DNA of 64,000 bases from Octopus bimaculoides (Eukaryota), in assembly GCF_001194135.2 (NCBI RefSeq), contig NC_068982.1:162608778-162672777 (forward strand), given 5' to 3'. Below, one piece after another: positions 1 to 12,330 of the stretch. The first letter of the stretch is position 1; every line of letters starts with the position of its first letter. A program made the position numbers and the translations under genes. The notes below the pieces were generated by a model. It was given only the letters and a program-made list of their open reading frames with translations. It was not told the origin of the DNA and did not search any database.

Positions 1-1073
1 ATAAATTTTGAGGATGTACCAGTCTCCATATTCTCTATCATTATAATTATTGCTGATATACACTTCAGATAATATTACCATCCAGTGAAGTGAAGTGAAC
101 TTGGAATTACCCATCGAAGGAATTTACAGTGTGAGTGATAACTCCTAATAGCCACAGGCATTAAATACTAATTGATATGGTTAGCTGTAACCTGGAACAC
201 AACTGAGAGCTACCACGGTAGCCGCCTGGCCAGATAATGTATCCCTCTAACCCCGCCACACGCATGCGCATATATGTGTGTATGTATGTCTTTATACACA
301 GTTATATAAAGAAATAATCAAACATTAATTGGAAAAAGTCAACAAGGACTTTCAAGTTTCACTGTCGTTGATTTCATTGGACTGTCTGACAATGCCAGCA
401 TCTAGTGAGACTTCAAAGACCGTGTGTGTGTGTGCGTGTACACACACATACTGTTTTATGTATATATCATCAACATTTTACATCTGTTTTGCATGCTGGC
501 ATGAGGTAGCAGCTCAATAAGATTCAATGGGTCAGAGGACCCATCTTACTTCAGTGCCTCAATTTTGGCAAAGTTTCTATGGCTGAATGTTTTTCATAAC
601 ATCACCCACTTCGCAGGGTGTACTGGATGCATTTTTTCATGGCACCAATTATAGAGGTTGTCTTGCTCTCAGCAAGACTAAAGAGTCATTTCAACCTTAC
701 ATTCATTGTCTCTGCTTGGGTATAATTGGTGTTTTTTTCCATGCCACCAGCACTGAACAATTAAATCCTATACAACATAAGAATATATGAGATTTGCTTC
801 TTTAGCCCAGGTCAGCTCTCGTTGAGCAAACCGATGTACAAAAGCTTTCTAGTTGTGATCATTATCCTAAATTTTTTGCAGTTGTAGTGTATCCATGGCT
901 ACATCATAATGGTCATAGATACACTAGGGTGTCATGTGAGAAAGATTTGTCTGTTGTTTCTAGCAGTTCATCTGACCATACAGAGGTGTTTAGGCTAGTG
1001 ATAGAGATTTATCTATCAACTCAATAATACAGATTTAAGGATCATACAGTTGTTCATTAAAGAGGGAACTTAC

Positions 1074-1176
1074 CTTTCTCTGTTTCAGAGTTCAGTACAG
1101 TAAAACTAGGTTCTGTGGGGTCCCAATGGCCAGAAATGATATAACTTTTACCATCATTGCTATTACCCATGCATTC
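1074..1176 (-). CDS. RABGAP1: RABGAP1-like coding exon 6 (ECMGNSNDGKSYIISGHWDPTEPSFTVLNSETEK)
   Basis: Matches RABGAP1 [34 protein letters not shown]. Acceptor ttttttttaatttccag, donor AAAG|GTAAGT; 103 nt, phase 0 to 1. The gene continues beyond position 1. Confidence 0.93.
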
Positions 1177-1789
1177 CTGGAAATTAAAAAAAAGAATCAA
1201 CATTAGATTCTATAACAAAAGTTTTCTCTGTACAGAGACAATAAAACAGATTGTTGTTGAGACTTTAACTCACAATCAGTGCTAATCAAGTAAATCTATG
1301 ATCAAAAGCAGTCATAAAAGGTTCATCCCCTATTTGTTTAAAATATCATATTTGCAAGACTACATTCTCTAGAATATGCATCTCTTCATTTGGCCAGTGC
1401 TTGCCTTTGGAAACTAATTTGGCAACTGGCTGCACAGAAATTGTTATGTGAATTATATAACAACTGATACTTCAGAAAACATTGAGGTAGGGAAGATGTG
1501 GTAGTGTAAGTAGAGATGACAGTTCTTGTCATTGTGCTGTGGTTGTGGTAGAGGTGATAGTGCTAGTGGTGGTGTGGTGATTATATAGCAATGACTGTTA
1601 GTTGCAATGGTGGTTAGGGTTAGGGTGGTGATAGCACTGCAAGTGGTGGTGCAGTGAAAACAACTGCAGTATAAAATATTCATCTAGTATTCCAATTATT
1701 TAGGTCAAGCTTGTTTAAATATTAAGCCTTTGAATATAAATATCTCTTCAAAGTTAGGAGGGATCACAATTATAACACTATACTTCTGT

Positions 1790-2135
1790 AGAAGCTGTGC
1801 ATCAGCTATATAGCTGTAATAGCATAGGTACTATATAATTCAGCTGTAGTTGTATAGAAGATGTATAGTACAACTGGAATTGTATAGTAGTTATATAACT
1901 ACTGCATAGTTAGCTTTTAATGATTACAGTTGTCGTTGAGTAGATGTTGTACAGTACAGTAATTGTATAGTTATTAGTACACCTGTTGTTATATAGCTAT
2001 TGTACAATACAGCTATATTGTACAGTTACTGTATAGTATAGCTTTTCTATATAGTTCAGCCATAGATAGGTACTATATAGTAGAGCTGTGTTTGTACAGA
2101 TATAACACTGTTGAATTAGAGTAGAGCTGTTTTTA
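1790..2135. repeat. Degenerate TATAG/CAGCT-rich low-complexity repeat
   Basis: Recurring tatagctgt, tgtatagt and cagctata; a similar tract lies at 4277-4490. Confidence 0.55.
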
Positions 2136-3836
2136 TACTTTGCACTCATACATAATTAGCACCACTTTGGGGTAATGAAATGCCAGAAAAATAAATCTCA
2201 TCTATAATACACACTGACTCTTCTTTTGGGTACTCTTTGAGGAAAGTGGCATCATCAGAAATGAAACCATCAATTTTGGGAAATGTAAAACTTAACTTGC
2301 CTTTCCTGGAACAGACAAGTAAATACTTCAAAATTGAAGAATCACACACTACTCTCCAATTTCTTTTATTCCAAAATACTCTATCAATTACTAAGTTTTG
2401 AATGCCAGGTATCATGTTAAAACATCATTAGATCTTATATATTTAACTGTTTTCATCTTGTTTAACTCTTGTCATAGCAGATATCTCTATGACAAGAGTC
2501 ATTCATAAATTTCCCTTCCAAAAACTTACAATATTTTTCAGTACTTTTTAAATCATTTTTTTTTCTTTAAGATATGTCTTTCTTTCAAAAATACTAGCTT
2601 AATAAATTAACTAAATTATTTTAACAAAAGTGTTGATGATGATGATGTTGAGAAATGAAAACGGTACTCTTTTAAAACACTTCCAACTTGTTTTTTATTC
2701 TTTATTTCTTTAATTTTTAAAAAAAGGTCTTCAGATATCTAAGTTTTAAATATCAATGTTTCCAGAATACATACCATTCCAAGTTGTAATATAAACTTGG
2801 CTAAGCAAAGTTCTGATCAAAGCACACAATACAACATTGTTTTTAATTTTTAAAAAATTGCCAGATCCTATATGTTCAAATCATAAACTGAAAGATCATT
2901 TTAAAAACAAACTGTAATAAAAACAGTAGAAAAGTTTTTAAAACCCTGCTAATATTTAAAACAAAATTAAAACAGTCTTTGGTTGTTTTCATCTTGTTTA
3001 AACTTGTCTCAGAACAGACATACATTTCCATTCTTAAAAAAAATTAAATTTCAAATTAATAATCATATTTTGTTTACTTTTTATAAAATATGACCTTTTA
3101 TCATGGTCAGTGTTGACTGTAAAAAGTGCATCTGTTGCATAAAATCACCACACAATTATGTTTTTTATTTTCTTCTCTAAAAAAATCAATTTGCATTTGA
3201 TAATGTATACTTTCAGTTTACCATGTGTTGCCAAAGGGAAACAAATGTTAAGTGAAAATTTTGTAAAATCCCTCTTATATTTTTATAACCAGTTTTCTTT
3301 TTGAAGAACATTCTTTTGATTTATACTTTGAACATCATACATTTTAATTTAACAAAAACATTAATTATGCAATATATATTGTTTAATATAATGTCAATAT
3401 TTTTAATACAATAAAAGGAAATATTTATATATTAATGATAAATTATATATATTAAATGATTTGAACATTAAATGATATATTGACTGATTGCTCATGGATA
3501 GACTGCATTTTTGTTATTCTCTAATATAGCAAGATACAGAAACACAAATAAAATATTTAGAAGTGTACGTTCTTGTGGCAGTGTCTGTGCACAAACTGAG
3601 CATTGTATAAACAAAAATTAAATACATTTGATTATTTGGTTGTTCCTGTTTTGGTTTTACATTTTACTTCTGAATCAAATTCAATGTGTAAATAAGGTAG
3701 TGAACAGCTCTGAGCAATATGATCTTATAGGTGCAATTATGAAATATGATCAACATTTAATGTATTATTACACTATCAAAGAAAAACGTTAGATTATTAT
3801 AGTGATTTTAAACTCTTCTTTTAGCTTTTAACTTAC

Positions 3837-3926
3837 GCCATCCTGAATATGACCATGGAAAGATGAGGAACATTTAGTTCTCATGTAATGCATACCCAAA
3901 ATGTACAGATTTTTAGGTTTAAAGAT
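3837..3926 (-). CDS. Candidate alternative 90-nt cassette exon (IFKPKNLYILGMHYMRTKCSSSFHGHIQDG)
   Basis: Acceptor cactttttttccag and consensus donor GGC|GTAAGT. Exactly 30 codons with no stop, phase 0-0, inside a phase-0 intron. No homology recognised. Confidence 0.35.
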
Positions 3927-3993
3927 CTGGAAAAAAAGTGTGCAAATTATACATGAATAAACATAGTATTCTATACAGCCCTATAGTATAGAC

Positions 3994-4268
3994 CAGGGGT
4001 TTTCAAACTGTGGTCCGCGGACTACAGGGGGTCCGCAAGGACAAGACAGGGGGTCCGTGGACAGCAAATACTTTTTATGGGCAATTTGATTTTATATATG
4101 TTTTTTAATAGAAATCTTTTAATTGACAATAAACCTATTTGTTAAATACTGTTAAATAAATAAATATAAAAATATATCTTATTTTAAGCAAATATTTATG
4201 TATAAATTTCATAAGGTAAAGCCTGAAATATAAAGGGGTCCGCAAGTCAAAAAGTTTGAAAACCCCTG
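3994..4268. mobile_element. hAT (Charlie/Tip100-like) MITE, 275 bp
   Basis: Perfect 16-bp TIRs CAGGGGTTTTCAAACT (3994-4009) and AGTTTGAAAACCCCTG (4253-4268). Perfect 8-bp TSD GTATAGAC at 3986-3993 and 4269-4276. Confidence 0.92.
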
Positions 4269-4540
4269 GTATAGACAGTGTTATATAGCTAACATATACA
4301 ATGCGTGTATAGCTATATGTGTACAGGTGTTATGTAATACAGCTATAGTAGTATACATACTATACAAAACAACTAAGTTGTATAGTTTCCTTATAGATAA
4401 CTCTATATTAATATAAAGAACTATAAAGACAGCTATAGTTGAACAGATATGAGGGGAAGGGAGTCCTATACTGTTTCAGTTGCATACACCATATGAAATA
4501 ATGATATAAAGAATATATTCCAAATTATCAAATATCTTAC

Positions 4541-4607
4541 CATTTCAATCAGCTGCATATCTCCATGTTTCACATTTCTACCAGGAGACAGCAATAAGCC
4601 AAAACAT
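4541..4607 (-). CDS. RABGAP1: RABGAP1-like coding exon 5 (RCFGLLLSPGRNVKHGDMQLIEM)
   Basis: Matches RABGAP1 RCFGLLLSPGKDVRNSDMHLLDL. Acceptor tcttttgtttcag, donor ATG|GTAAGA; 67 nt, phase 2 to 0. Not present in the ORF track. Confidence 0.93.
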
Positions 4608-5349
4608 CTGAAACAAAAGATTATACAATATATAACACCAATGCCTCTGTAACCCTTTTAGATACAAATTGCCTTTCATTCCATGATGTAAAACTTCCTG
4701 TTTTTAATTGTTCGTATTTCTTTTTTCCTGATTGCTTTAGTTTTAAGAAAAAAATTGTGCCAATAGTGTTTGCAAGAAATAAACAAAAAACATGCAGGAA
4801 GAGAATCCCAGAGAAACAATGTTCTGGAGAGGGAATATTGGGGCTGATTATACAAGGCCAAGTAAGAAGATATTGGTGGTACAGAGAGGAGAGATGAGTT
4901 GGAAGTATCTGAGTGGGAATAGAAGCCCGGCCAAACAGAGACTATAGTAGAAAAGTTTGGAATAGGAAACAGCAAATTTGTGACCCAGAGGGTGGAGTGT
5001 GATGGCAAGTAACTTCATGCCAAATGTTCCTTGAATGCAGTCTACAATGTTTGTATGTGTAGAAGCAGTATTCTCTTGCTGTCTCACCTAAGCTTTACAG
5101 AGAATTAATAACCATTTGGAGTCGTAGTAGTTTCTCACTCTGAAGAGGAACACTAACCTTTGTGATAAAGTTTTGGTCTGTTGACATTGTGATGCAGTTT
5201 TGACAACAATAATTTTATGTCAGAATGTTTTCTTAAGTTTTGCTTCAAACACTAACTAAATATACCAATAAATGAAAATGTTCATTATTTCACTAAATAT
5301 CACGAATTTCTTGATTATGAGGATAGGCTGTAAAGTTCATAGTGTAACT

Positions 5350-5660
5350 AACTATGAAGGAGTGATGCTAAAGCTGCAAAATCTTGCATGCATCAATTTC
5401 AAATCTCCTTATTAAAAAGTGTATTGTTACTTTCCAGATACACTGATATCTGATTGTTCAAAGAGAACTTCAAAAGTAACTATTAGCAACTTCTCTTGAA
5501 AATGGACAAAATTTGGCATTGTCATGTTATCAAGTGCCTGCAGTAAAAGGGTTTAGCCCCCAATGACATTCATGCTGACGTAGTAGCTACATTAGGAGAT
5601 GACACTCCTGCTTTAACAACAGAGCATAAGTTGGTAAATGAATTTAAGAGAAGAATGTAT
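5350..5660 (+). mobile_element. Mariner-like transposon 5' relic
   Basis: From the ATG at 5502: MDKIWHCHVIKCLQ*KGLAPNDIHADVVATLGDDTPALTTEHKLVNEFKRR, resembling the mariner N-terminal HTH (R.VIKFL..KG..P.EIH..M...LGD.APS..TV.KW..EFKRG). Contains an internal stop. Confidence 0.65.
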
Positions 5661-5854
5661 GGGTAGGTAAAATGACTTTTGTTGAAACAACAGTTTTACA
5701 ACTGGATGATGACCTTAATGCTAACAACTCAACCATGAAATGGAGAATTGTTCAGTCAGACAAATGTAGTTATATACCTTGTTAGTGAGAGAAATAATAT
5801 CAGATATACCACAATGCTAATCACTTTTAAATGTAGAAACAACAGAGAACAAAC

Positions 5855-6114
5855 CTTTCAATTTTAAGCTCAAGTAGACTGTTTTGTTGTACAGTGATAA
5901 TAATTTTCTTATCCATATTGCACCGTAGTTTAAAACAACTTTTGTCCCTTGGGACAGTAGAGAAGTTTCCACGACTATCATCTTCTTTGAACTCGAGGCC
6001 AACACTGAAGATGAACTTTTGTTCAGAATCAGACAAGCTACTGATTGATTCACTGCGAGGCTGCTTAGGAACACGCCTGAAGGTTGTAGCAAAGCAGTAC
6101 AAAACTTTGGCTAC
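5855..6114 (-). CDS. RABGAP1: RABGAP1-like coding exon 4 (VAKVLYCFATTFRR...FIFSVGLEFKEDDSRGNFSTVPRDK...ELKIER)
   Basis: Matches RABGAP1 LYSFATAFRR...FSVSLEIKEDDGKGYFSAVPKDK...ELAIER. Acceptor ttatttctgttctag, donor AG|GTTTGT; 260 nt, phase 0 to 2. Confidence 0.95.
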
Positions 6115-6716
6115 CTAGAACAGAAATAAGCATCGTAAAATAAATGATACAATTTGAAATGATATAAGAATGTTTAAATGCTATTATAAGAACCAATTTG
6201 ACACAAAAATAACCAACAAACCCACTAACTGTAGTTTGATCATGAATTTTTATCAGTTGTCGGGTGCAACATCACCAATCTATTATATTGTTAATGACAG
6301 ATTCCTGTGGTGTAAACAATGCCATACTGCAGGAAGTAAATTGCAAAAGTCTGTGATAAGGAGAAAGAGAGATTCAAACAAACACTATTGTCAATACTCA
6401 CACTCACATACATGCAGATGCTATTGATGCACAAACACATACACACATACATGGATGGTTGGTTCAAATTACACCTTGGAAGATCCACGAGGTCTGCTAC
6501 TTTAACTATAAAGTGCTTGCAATTCTATCTTCTTGTATTAGGTACTATAAATTGTTTCTGCTGTTTTAACATATTAAGCAGGTTTCTCTTTTCTGTTTCA
6601 AATTGATTCTTATAATGTTTAATATCAGAAACATAGAGACTGAAATAATGAGCCAAAAAGCATAAATAACTGGTCTAGGAATCGGAATCAAAGACATGAA
6701 GAGAAGTAAAACTGAC

Positions 6717-6900
6717 CGCTTCAGGTAAGTCACATCTAAATACATGGCATTGAAAGATGGTAGTTTCTGCTGTATCCCCATGGCTACAGGTGAAAGCAAA
6801 ACAGCGTCTTTCATTGCTGTCAGTGGGTCCACGAGCACAGAAGAGAATTCTATGTATCCGATAGCTGGCAATGTCAGAGTTTGTAGTAGGATCCAGTAAC
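6717..6900 (-). CDS. RABGAP1: RABGAP1-like coding exon 3, PTB domain (RLLDPTTNSDIASYRIHRILFCARG...HVFRCDLPEA)
   Basis: Matches RABGAP1 LLDPQTNTEIANYPIYKILFCVRG...HVFRCEIQEA. Acceptor tttttctatccgtag, donor GCG|GTCAGT; 184 nt, phase 2 to 0. Confidence 0.95.
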
Positions 6901-7312
6901 CTACGGATAGAAAAAGATGAAAACATTTCATTAGTGACTGGAAGATTATATCAAAATTAACATATTGATAAATATTAAGAATAATTTGAGTTTTTAAATT
7001 GTTTAAAAGGTTGTTTTACATAAAAGAGGACAATATGCAATAGATTTAACTTCAGAACATTTTTGGAAAAGGTAACGCTAAATCCTGCTTTGACCATCAT
7101 AGAATTCAAAAACACAAGACAGCAAAGTAGTCACTGTCCTAAGTCCCTATCATTTGCACCAATTACAACATATTGAAACTGTTCACTTTGTTAAGAAAGA
7201 ATGATTAGAGTTTTAGCCAAAGACATGTAATATTAGGAAAAACTATAAATGTGTGTGTGTTCATATATATATAAACACACACATACACACATGATTGGCA
7301 TTTTTCAGACAA

Positions 7313-8162
7313 TTAAGGACTCTGTTAGTGTATATGTTTACATTTATGTACATTGACTACAGCATTAGAACATTTTAGCTCCTATTTCTAGCAATGTAAG
7401 TGTTTCTAACACCCTAGTTACATTTAGTGACAATTATAATTCTCCTTTTTGATGGAACATAGCAAACTGCTGTTTATAGTAGTTCTATGTGTATTTTTCC
7501 ATTTCGTGCCCTTTTAAAGCCTAGCCAGGCTCATGGGTCCGGTTTTCCAGTTTCTATGGCATATGTGTTCCCCACCAGCTGGACGGGATGCCAGTCCATT
7601 GCAGCATTACTCAAGAAACAAGAAGAAAGAGTGAGAGAAAGTTGGGGCAAAAGAGTACAACAGGGGTTGCCACCACCCGCTGCCAGAGCTTCGTGGAGCT
7701 TTTAGGTGTTTTCGCTCAATAAACACACACAACACCCGGTCTGGGAATCGAAACCGCAATCCTCCAACTGCGAGTCCACTGCCCTAACCACTGGGACATT
7801 GCGCCTCCACAGTTCTATGTGTATACATTAGCAAATCACTAAATCAGCCATTGACTTAGATGATGCAGACATATATACTAAGAGAGAAGCAAGTCCAGAA
7901 AGAGCTGAAGTGTGAGCCAGTCCTAACTGATGAGGTAACAAAAATTGCCAAAAGTGACGCTGGTATTAGGAATTCTTGATCGGCATTTTTCAGATGACTG
8001 AGGTCCCTGTTAGTGTATATGTTTACATTTATGTGCATTGACTACATCATTAGAGCACTTTAGTTCTTATTTCTAGCAATGTAAGTGTTTCTAACAACCT
8101 AGTCACATTTAGTGACAATTATAATTCTCCTTTTAATGAAACATTGCAAACTGCTGTTTATA
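7313..8162 (+). repeat. Local direct duplication of ~165 bp (about 7313-7478 and 8000-8162)
   Basis: ctgttagtgtatatgtttacatttatg...gcaatgtaagtgtttctaac...caattataattctcc...gcaaactgctgtttat is present twice. Confidence 0.85.
7495..7810 (-). mobile_element. tRNA-derived SINE (family D head, tail type 1) with TSD
   Basis: tRNA-like head gtggaggcgcaatgtcccagtggttagggcagtggactc...ggtttcgattcccagacc (A/B-box like). 14-bp TSD AGTTCTATGTGTAT at 7481-7494 and 7811-7824. Confidence 0.85.
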
Positions 8163-8179
8163 TTAATTTTGTCGCCTCC

Positions 8180-8516
8180 CTGGCACTTGTGCCAGTGGCA
8201 CGTGAAAAGACATTTGAGCGAGATCGTTGCCAGTGCCGATGGACTGGCTCCTGTGCTGGTGGCACGTAAAATACACCATTTCGAGCGTGGCCGTTGCCAG
8301 TACTGCCTGACTGGCCCTCGTGTTGGTGGCACGTAAAACACCCACTACACTCTCAGAGTGGTTGGTGTTAGGAAGGGCATCCAGCTGTAGAAACTCTGTT
8401 AAATCAGATTGGAGCCTGGTGTCGCCTTCTGGTCCACCAGTCCTCAGTCAAATCGTCCAACCCATGCTAGCATGGAAAGCGGACGTTAAACGACGATGAT
8501 GATGATGATGATGATG
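8180..8516 (+). mobile_element. Family B: RTE-type 3' end or RTE-partner SINE with (GAT)n tail
   Basis: Tandem tggcacgtaaaa...gttgccagt units, then gtggttggtgttaggaagggcatccagctgtagaaac...ggaaagcggacgttaaacg(atg)n. Confidence 0.85.
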
Positions 8517-8689
8517 TATACATATATCATGGTATCAACCAAACTATCAGATAACCTATAGTATAGTTATCTTCATTATTAGATACATGTATTTCATAAT
8601 AAAAATAACAAAATAGTACATAACTGTATATAAAAAATGGCTTTGGAAAGCAGCAGTTCTCTTCTAGAGCAGAATTGTGTCCGTGCAAC

Positions 8690-8830
8690 AGTGTGTTTGA
8701 GACAGAGTAGTGTTTGAACTGGAATAGTGATTGAGGTTTCAGCTAGACTAGTACTTAAGCCGGGTTAGAGTTTGAACCAGAGTAGAATTTGAGCTAGAGA
8801 GTAGTGTTTGAGCCAGAGTAGTAGCTGAGC
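8690..8830 (+). repeat. Degenerate ~18-20-bp minisatellite (gagtagtgtttgagc)
   Basis: gagtagtgtttgaactg, gagtttgaaccagagtag and gagtagtgtttgagccagagtag. Confidence 0.55.
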
Positions 8831-9998
8831 TGCAACCAACATACGCTATGGTGTCAGTTCAAAACTGCTGTGTGAGTAACACAGAGTGGCATTAAGCTCC
8901 ACCTAATCAAGTCTTTGACATAAGTTCACTTAAAAGTTGAAACCATTTCAGTTCTATTAACTCTTATACCTGTAATTTTTTATTATAGCTGCCAGCCTGG
9001 ATAGTAATGTTTTTGATAGTCTAATTCTTCTATGACATAGATGAATACAAAGTCTTCACTGATGAAGTAAATCATCAGAGACCAAAGAAACTGGTGACAG
9101 TCTGTGTCATGTTGTGATGGGCAGATATATATATATATATATATACATATAAGATGATAATTATGTATGATGGGACTTTTATTTTCATTGCAGACTTACA
9201 GCTGTCTACTTCACATTTACAACTTTACTTGACATTCAACTTGAATATCTGAATGTCAAAACAAATAATACTCAGTAATCAACCAAGTGTAACATTGCAA
9301 ACCTTGCACAGTATAACTACTTTATATTCTTTTATTAATTTCTTCATTTTGTAATTAAGACTGCTTTTTTTTTTTATCAAGATCAGTCATATTGAAATAT
9401 CTCTTTCAAAGGGTTTAAGTTAACTTTATCAACTCAAGTTACTTTGTCTGGTACATATTTCATTGATCTTGAATGGAAGAAAGACAAAGTAAACTTGGGA
9501 ATAAAGGGACAAACCAGGGCATAAAGAGGTGTAACCAAATCATCATCATCATCATCATTTAACATCTGTTTTCTATGTTCATTGATAAATCTACTAGCTG
9601 ACCTCTCTTTCTCACTTCCTACCTATTGCAATGTGCTAAATACCTCCAACCTTGATAAACAACAAAATCACAATGTTCATAGGAGGACTGACATTATAGA
9701 CAGGTAAACACAACTAAAATTAGATATTCCACTCAAAGCTTGTTTAATTGATAGATTGAATACTAACCTGCTGATAATGATGCTAATCCATTCATTGTAT
9801 GTGACTTCTAATTGCTAACTAGTTTGGCTTCGCCAGAGCTAACGAACAGATGGGATGGAAGGGTCACTACTTAAGCAAGGTCAGCTAGCAAAGCTTACTT
9901 AAGCAACTCGCAAAACATGAAGGATGAGTTAGTATTTAATATTTACTGTAGTTTGGATATAATCTAGTATATATAGTATGTATATATANNNNNNNNNN

Positions 9999-10042
<44 letters not shown>

Positions 10043-10044
10043 GT

Positions 10045-10940
10045 TCTTCCAGAACTTAGTTTCACTGATCTGGGTGAATCTTCCTGGGAGCAACATGCTA
10101 CCAGTTATCCTGTCCCTGGTCATCTCCTCTGTGAGGTTCAAGGTCCTGAGACCAGCCTTCACCACTTCATCCCATGTTTTCCAGGGTTTCCCTTTTCCAC
10201 AAACTACACCTACTTTAAATGATCAGCACTTCTTTATGCAACTGTCTTCATCTTTATGCATCACATGTCCATACCAACACAGTCATCTTACTTGCACACT
10301 ACATCTGATACCTCTTATTCCTAATTTTTCTCCAAGTACATTTATACTATATTTTTCATACACATATACACTGCATATCCAACAGAGCATGCTTGATTAA
10401 TTTCTTTCCAGTCTTTTCAAGTCCATTGCATTCAAAGCCCATGTCTTACTACAATGCAGCATTGCAGTTCTGACATGAACATTATACAATCTACCTGTCA
10501 ATCAGGGAGAAGACAGTGGTTGCTGACAGTGGTAGTAGCTTCCTAAACTTCTTTCAACCAATTCTTACCCTGGCTGCTAAACTTTAGGAGCTACTACCTC
10601 CCAGATAACAAAAGCTATCAACTATTTCTAGTGAGCCATCCATGCAATTAAGGGTGTCTGTTTCCAGTGTACTCATAGTATACATACTGTTCCAGTGCAT
10701 CTCTCACATACAAAGCTTATGTTTGCTGTTAGTCTGCCTATGATACCACAACACTTCTTGTGTGTCCATAACTTACAATGGTTACAGTTATAAAATTTAT
10801 ACCTAATCCTTTCTTGCATATCAAGCTAGGCCTTTCTCTGAAAATGTCAGAGTCCTATTTTTCTTCCTACTCACTAAAATCTTAGTCTTTGCGAAGTTTA
10901 CCTTAAGGCAAGACTAACACCTCAGACATAGGAAAACACT
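10045..10940 (-). mobile_element. RTE-clade LINE relic
   Basis: Minus-strand remnants LKVNFAKTKILVSRK and LCWYGHVMHKDEDSCIKKC...KTWDEVVKAGLRTLNLTEEMTRDR, homologous to the 16185-16990 copy. Confidence 0.8.
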
Positions 10941-11619
10941 CCTAAATTGAAAATGCTCTTACTCAGTGGGAATAAAACCCAGGCAAACCAAATATGGCAT
11001 ACATCAAGAACAATGGTAGTTCTATCAAAAAACATAATATTCAAATTTACACATTATCTACTCATGACCTAATTATAAATTCAAAATGACCGACAAGGTA
11101 AACAAAGCCTTATTTTAGGTCAATTTTTCTACCAAACTATCAAGGATAATATGCTCTAACTTGGAATACCAACAGATTGGGGTACAGACTAGATGCTGAA
11201 TTAAATACATTAATGAAGTTAGCCTAGATTTCGTTGTGGGGTTGCTCATAACCATATGCAGCAATTCAAGCATTTTTGACCCCTGGATAGTAGCATTCAA
11301 GTGTCTCTGGAAGATGAACAAATGAAATGTATCTAATCACACTAGAACAGCATCTAAGCAAGTATCAAAGTAATACACATGCAAAATTCCAGCCTATTAC
11401 ATCAATTATTCTTGGAGATATCATGACCTAAAGATTACTACTCATAATCAGAAATGTCATTTTGAAAAAATGCAAAAAAATTGCTGGAAATGGTTGATTT
11501 TACAACAATGCCCAACTACACAAGGATAATATATCCACATTTTAGTGAAATATTTTCAGTTTTGCACAGTCTAATAACGCCCAGAGACATATCCTTTGCT
11601 ATTTGTCTGAGATTTTACT

Positions 11620-11760
11620 ATCTGAAATCTGAGGTACTAGTCTTGCCTTAAGACCTCTCAATCCTAGTTTTAGCTTCCTTCTCTAGTTCCTCTGAGAAAT
11701 ATATTAGCATATAGGAGTATCTATGGACAGCCAGTCCTAAGTTCCTCTGTGATGGCCAGT
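11620..11760 (-). mobile_element. RTE RT-core relic
   Basis: Minus strand reads AITEELRTGCP*ILLYAN, compared with RTE AITEEFKTGCPWELLYADD. Confidence 0.55.
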
Positions 11761-12023
11761 AGGACTATGATAAATAGGAAGGGACTGAGGACTGAAATCA
11801 TTATTGGCTCTCGCTTTACTTGATACAAATTGTACATAGCTTATACAATATCCACAAACCATCCAGCTCCACCTAGTTTTTGCAAAGACCACCAAATTAC
11901 TGAGTGCGGTTTCCTTTCAAACACTTTCTACAAATCAACTAAAGCCAGGAATAGTGATTTATCCCTAGCCAAGTACTACATCTTAATTATCCTATTGTAC
12001 ACCCTGACTAGTTCAGTTACTTC

Positions 12024-12200
12024 ATATCATCATCATCAACATTTAATGTCCAGTTTCCATGCTGACATGGGTTAGATGGTTTGACTGGGACTGGTAAGCT
12101 GGAGAGCTGCACTAGGCTCCAGTCGTCTGTTTTGGCTTGGTGTCTATGGTTGGATGCCCTTCCTAATGCCACCCACTCTACAGAGTGTACTAGGTGTTGG
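12024..12200 (-). mobile_element. Family B copy
   Basis: (CAT)n...tttccatgctgacatgggttagatgg...ggatgcccttcctaatgcc. Confidence 0.75.
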
Positions 12201-12258
12201 CTTGACATGTCTTCTCAAGCTCAGCAAATTGCTAGATGTTTCAGTCATTTGTTATTGC

Positions 12259-12261
<3 letters not shown>

Positions 12262-12326
<65 letters not shown>

Positions 12327-12330
12327 ACAC
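12262..12330 (+). repeat. (CA)n microsatellite
   Basis: Direct observation. Other (CA/TG)n and (TA)n tracts occur at about 9125, 9999, 13145, 20810, 40440 and 49375. Confidence 0.95.

Noticed and set aside
335-420. Short minus-strand reading VFEVSLDAGIVRQSNEINDSET* as the possible next RABGAP1 exon
   Set aside because: No match to the expected next RABGAP1 segment (AVDLVI...EPVRF), no acceptor (it is preceded by a dinucleotide repeat), and it ends in a stop.
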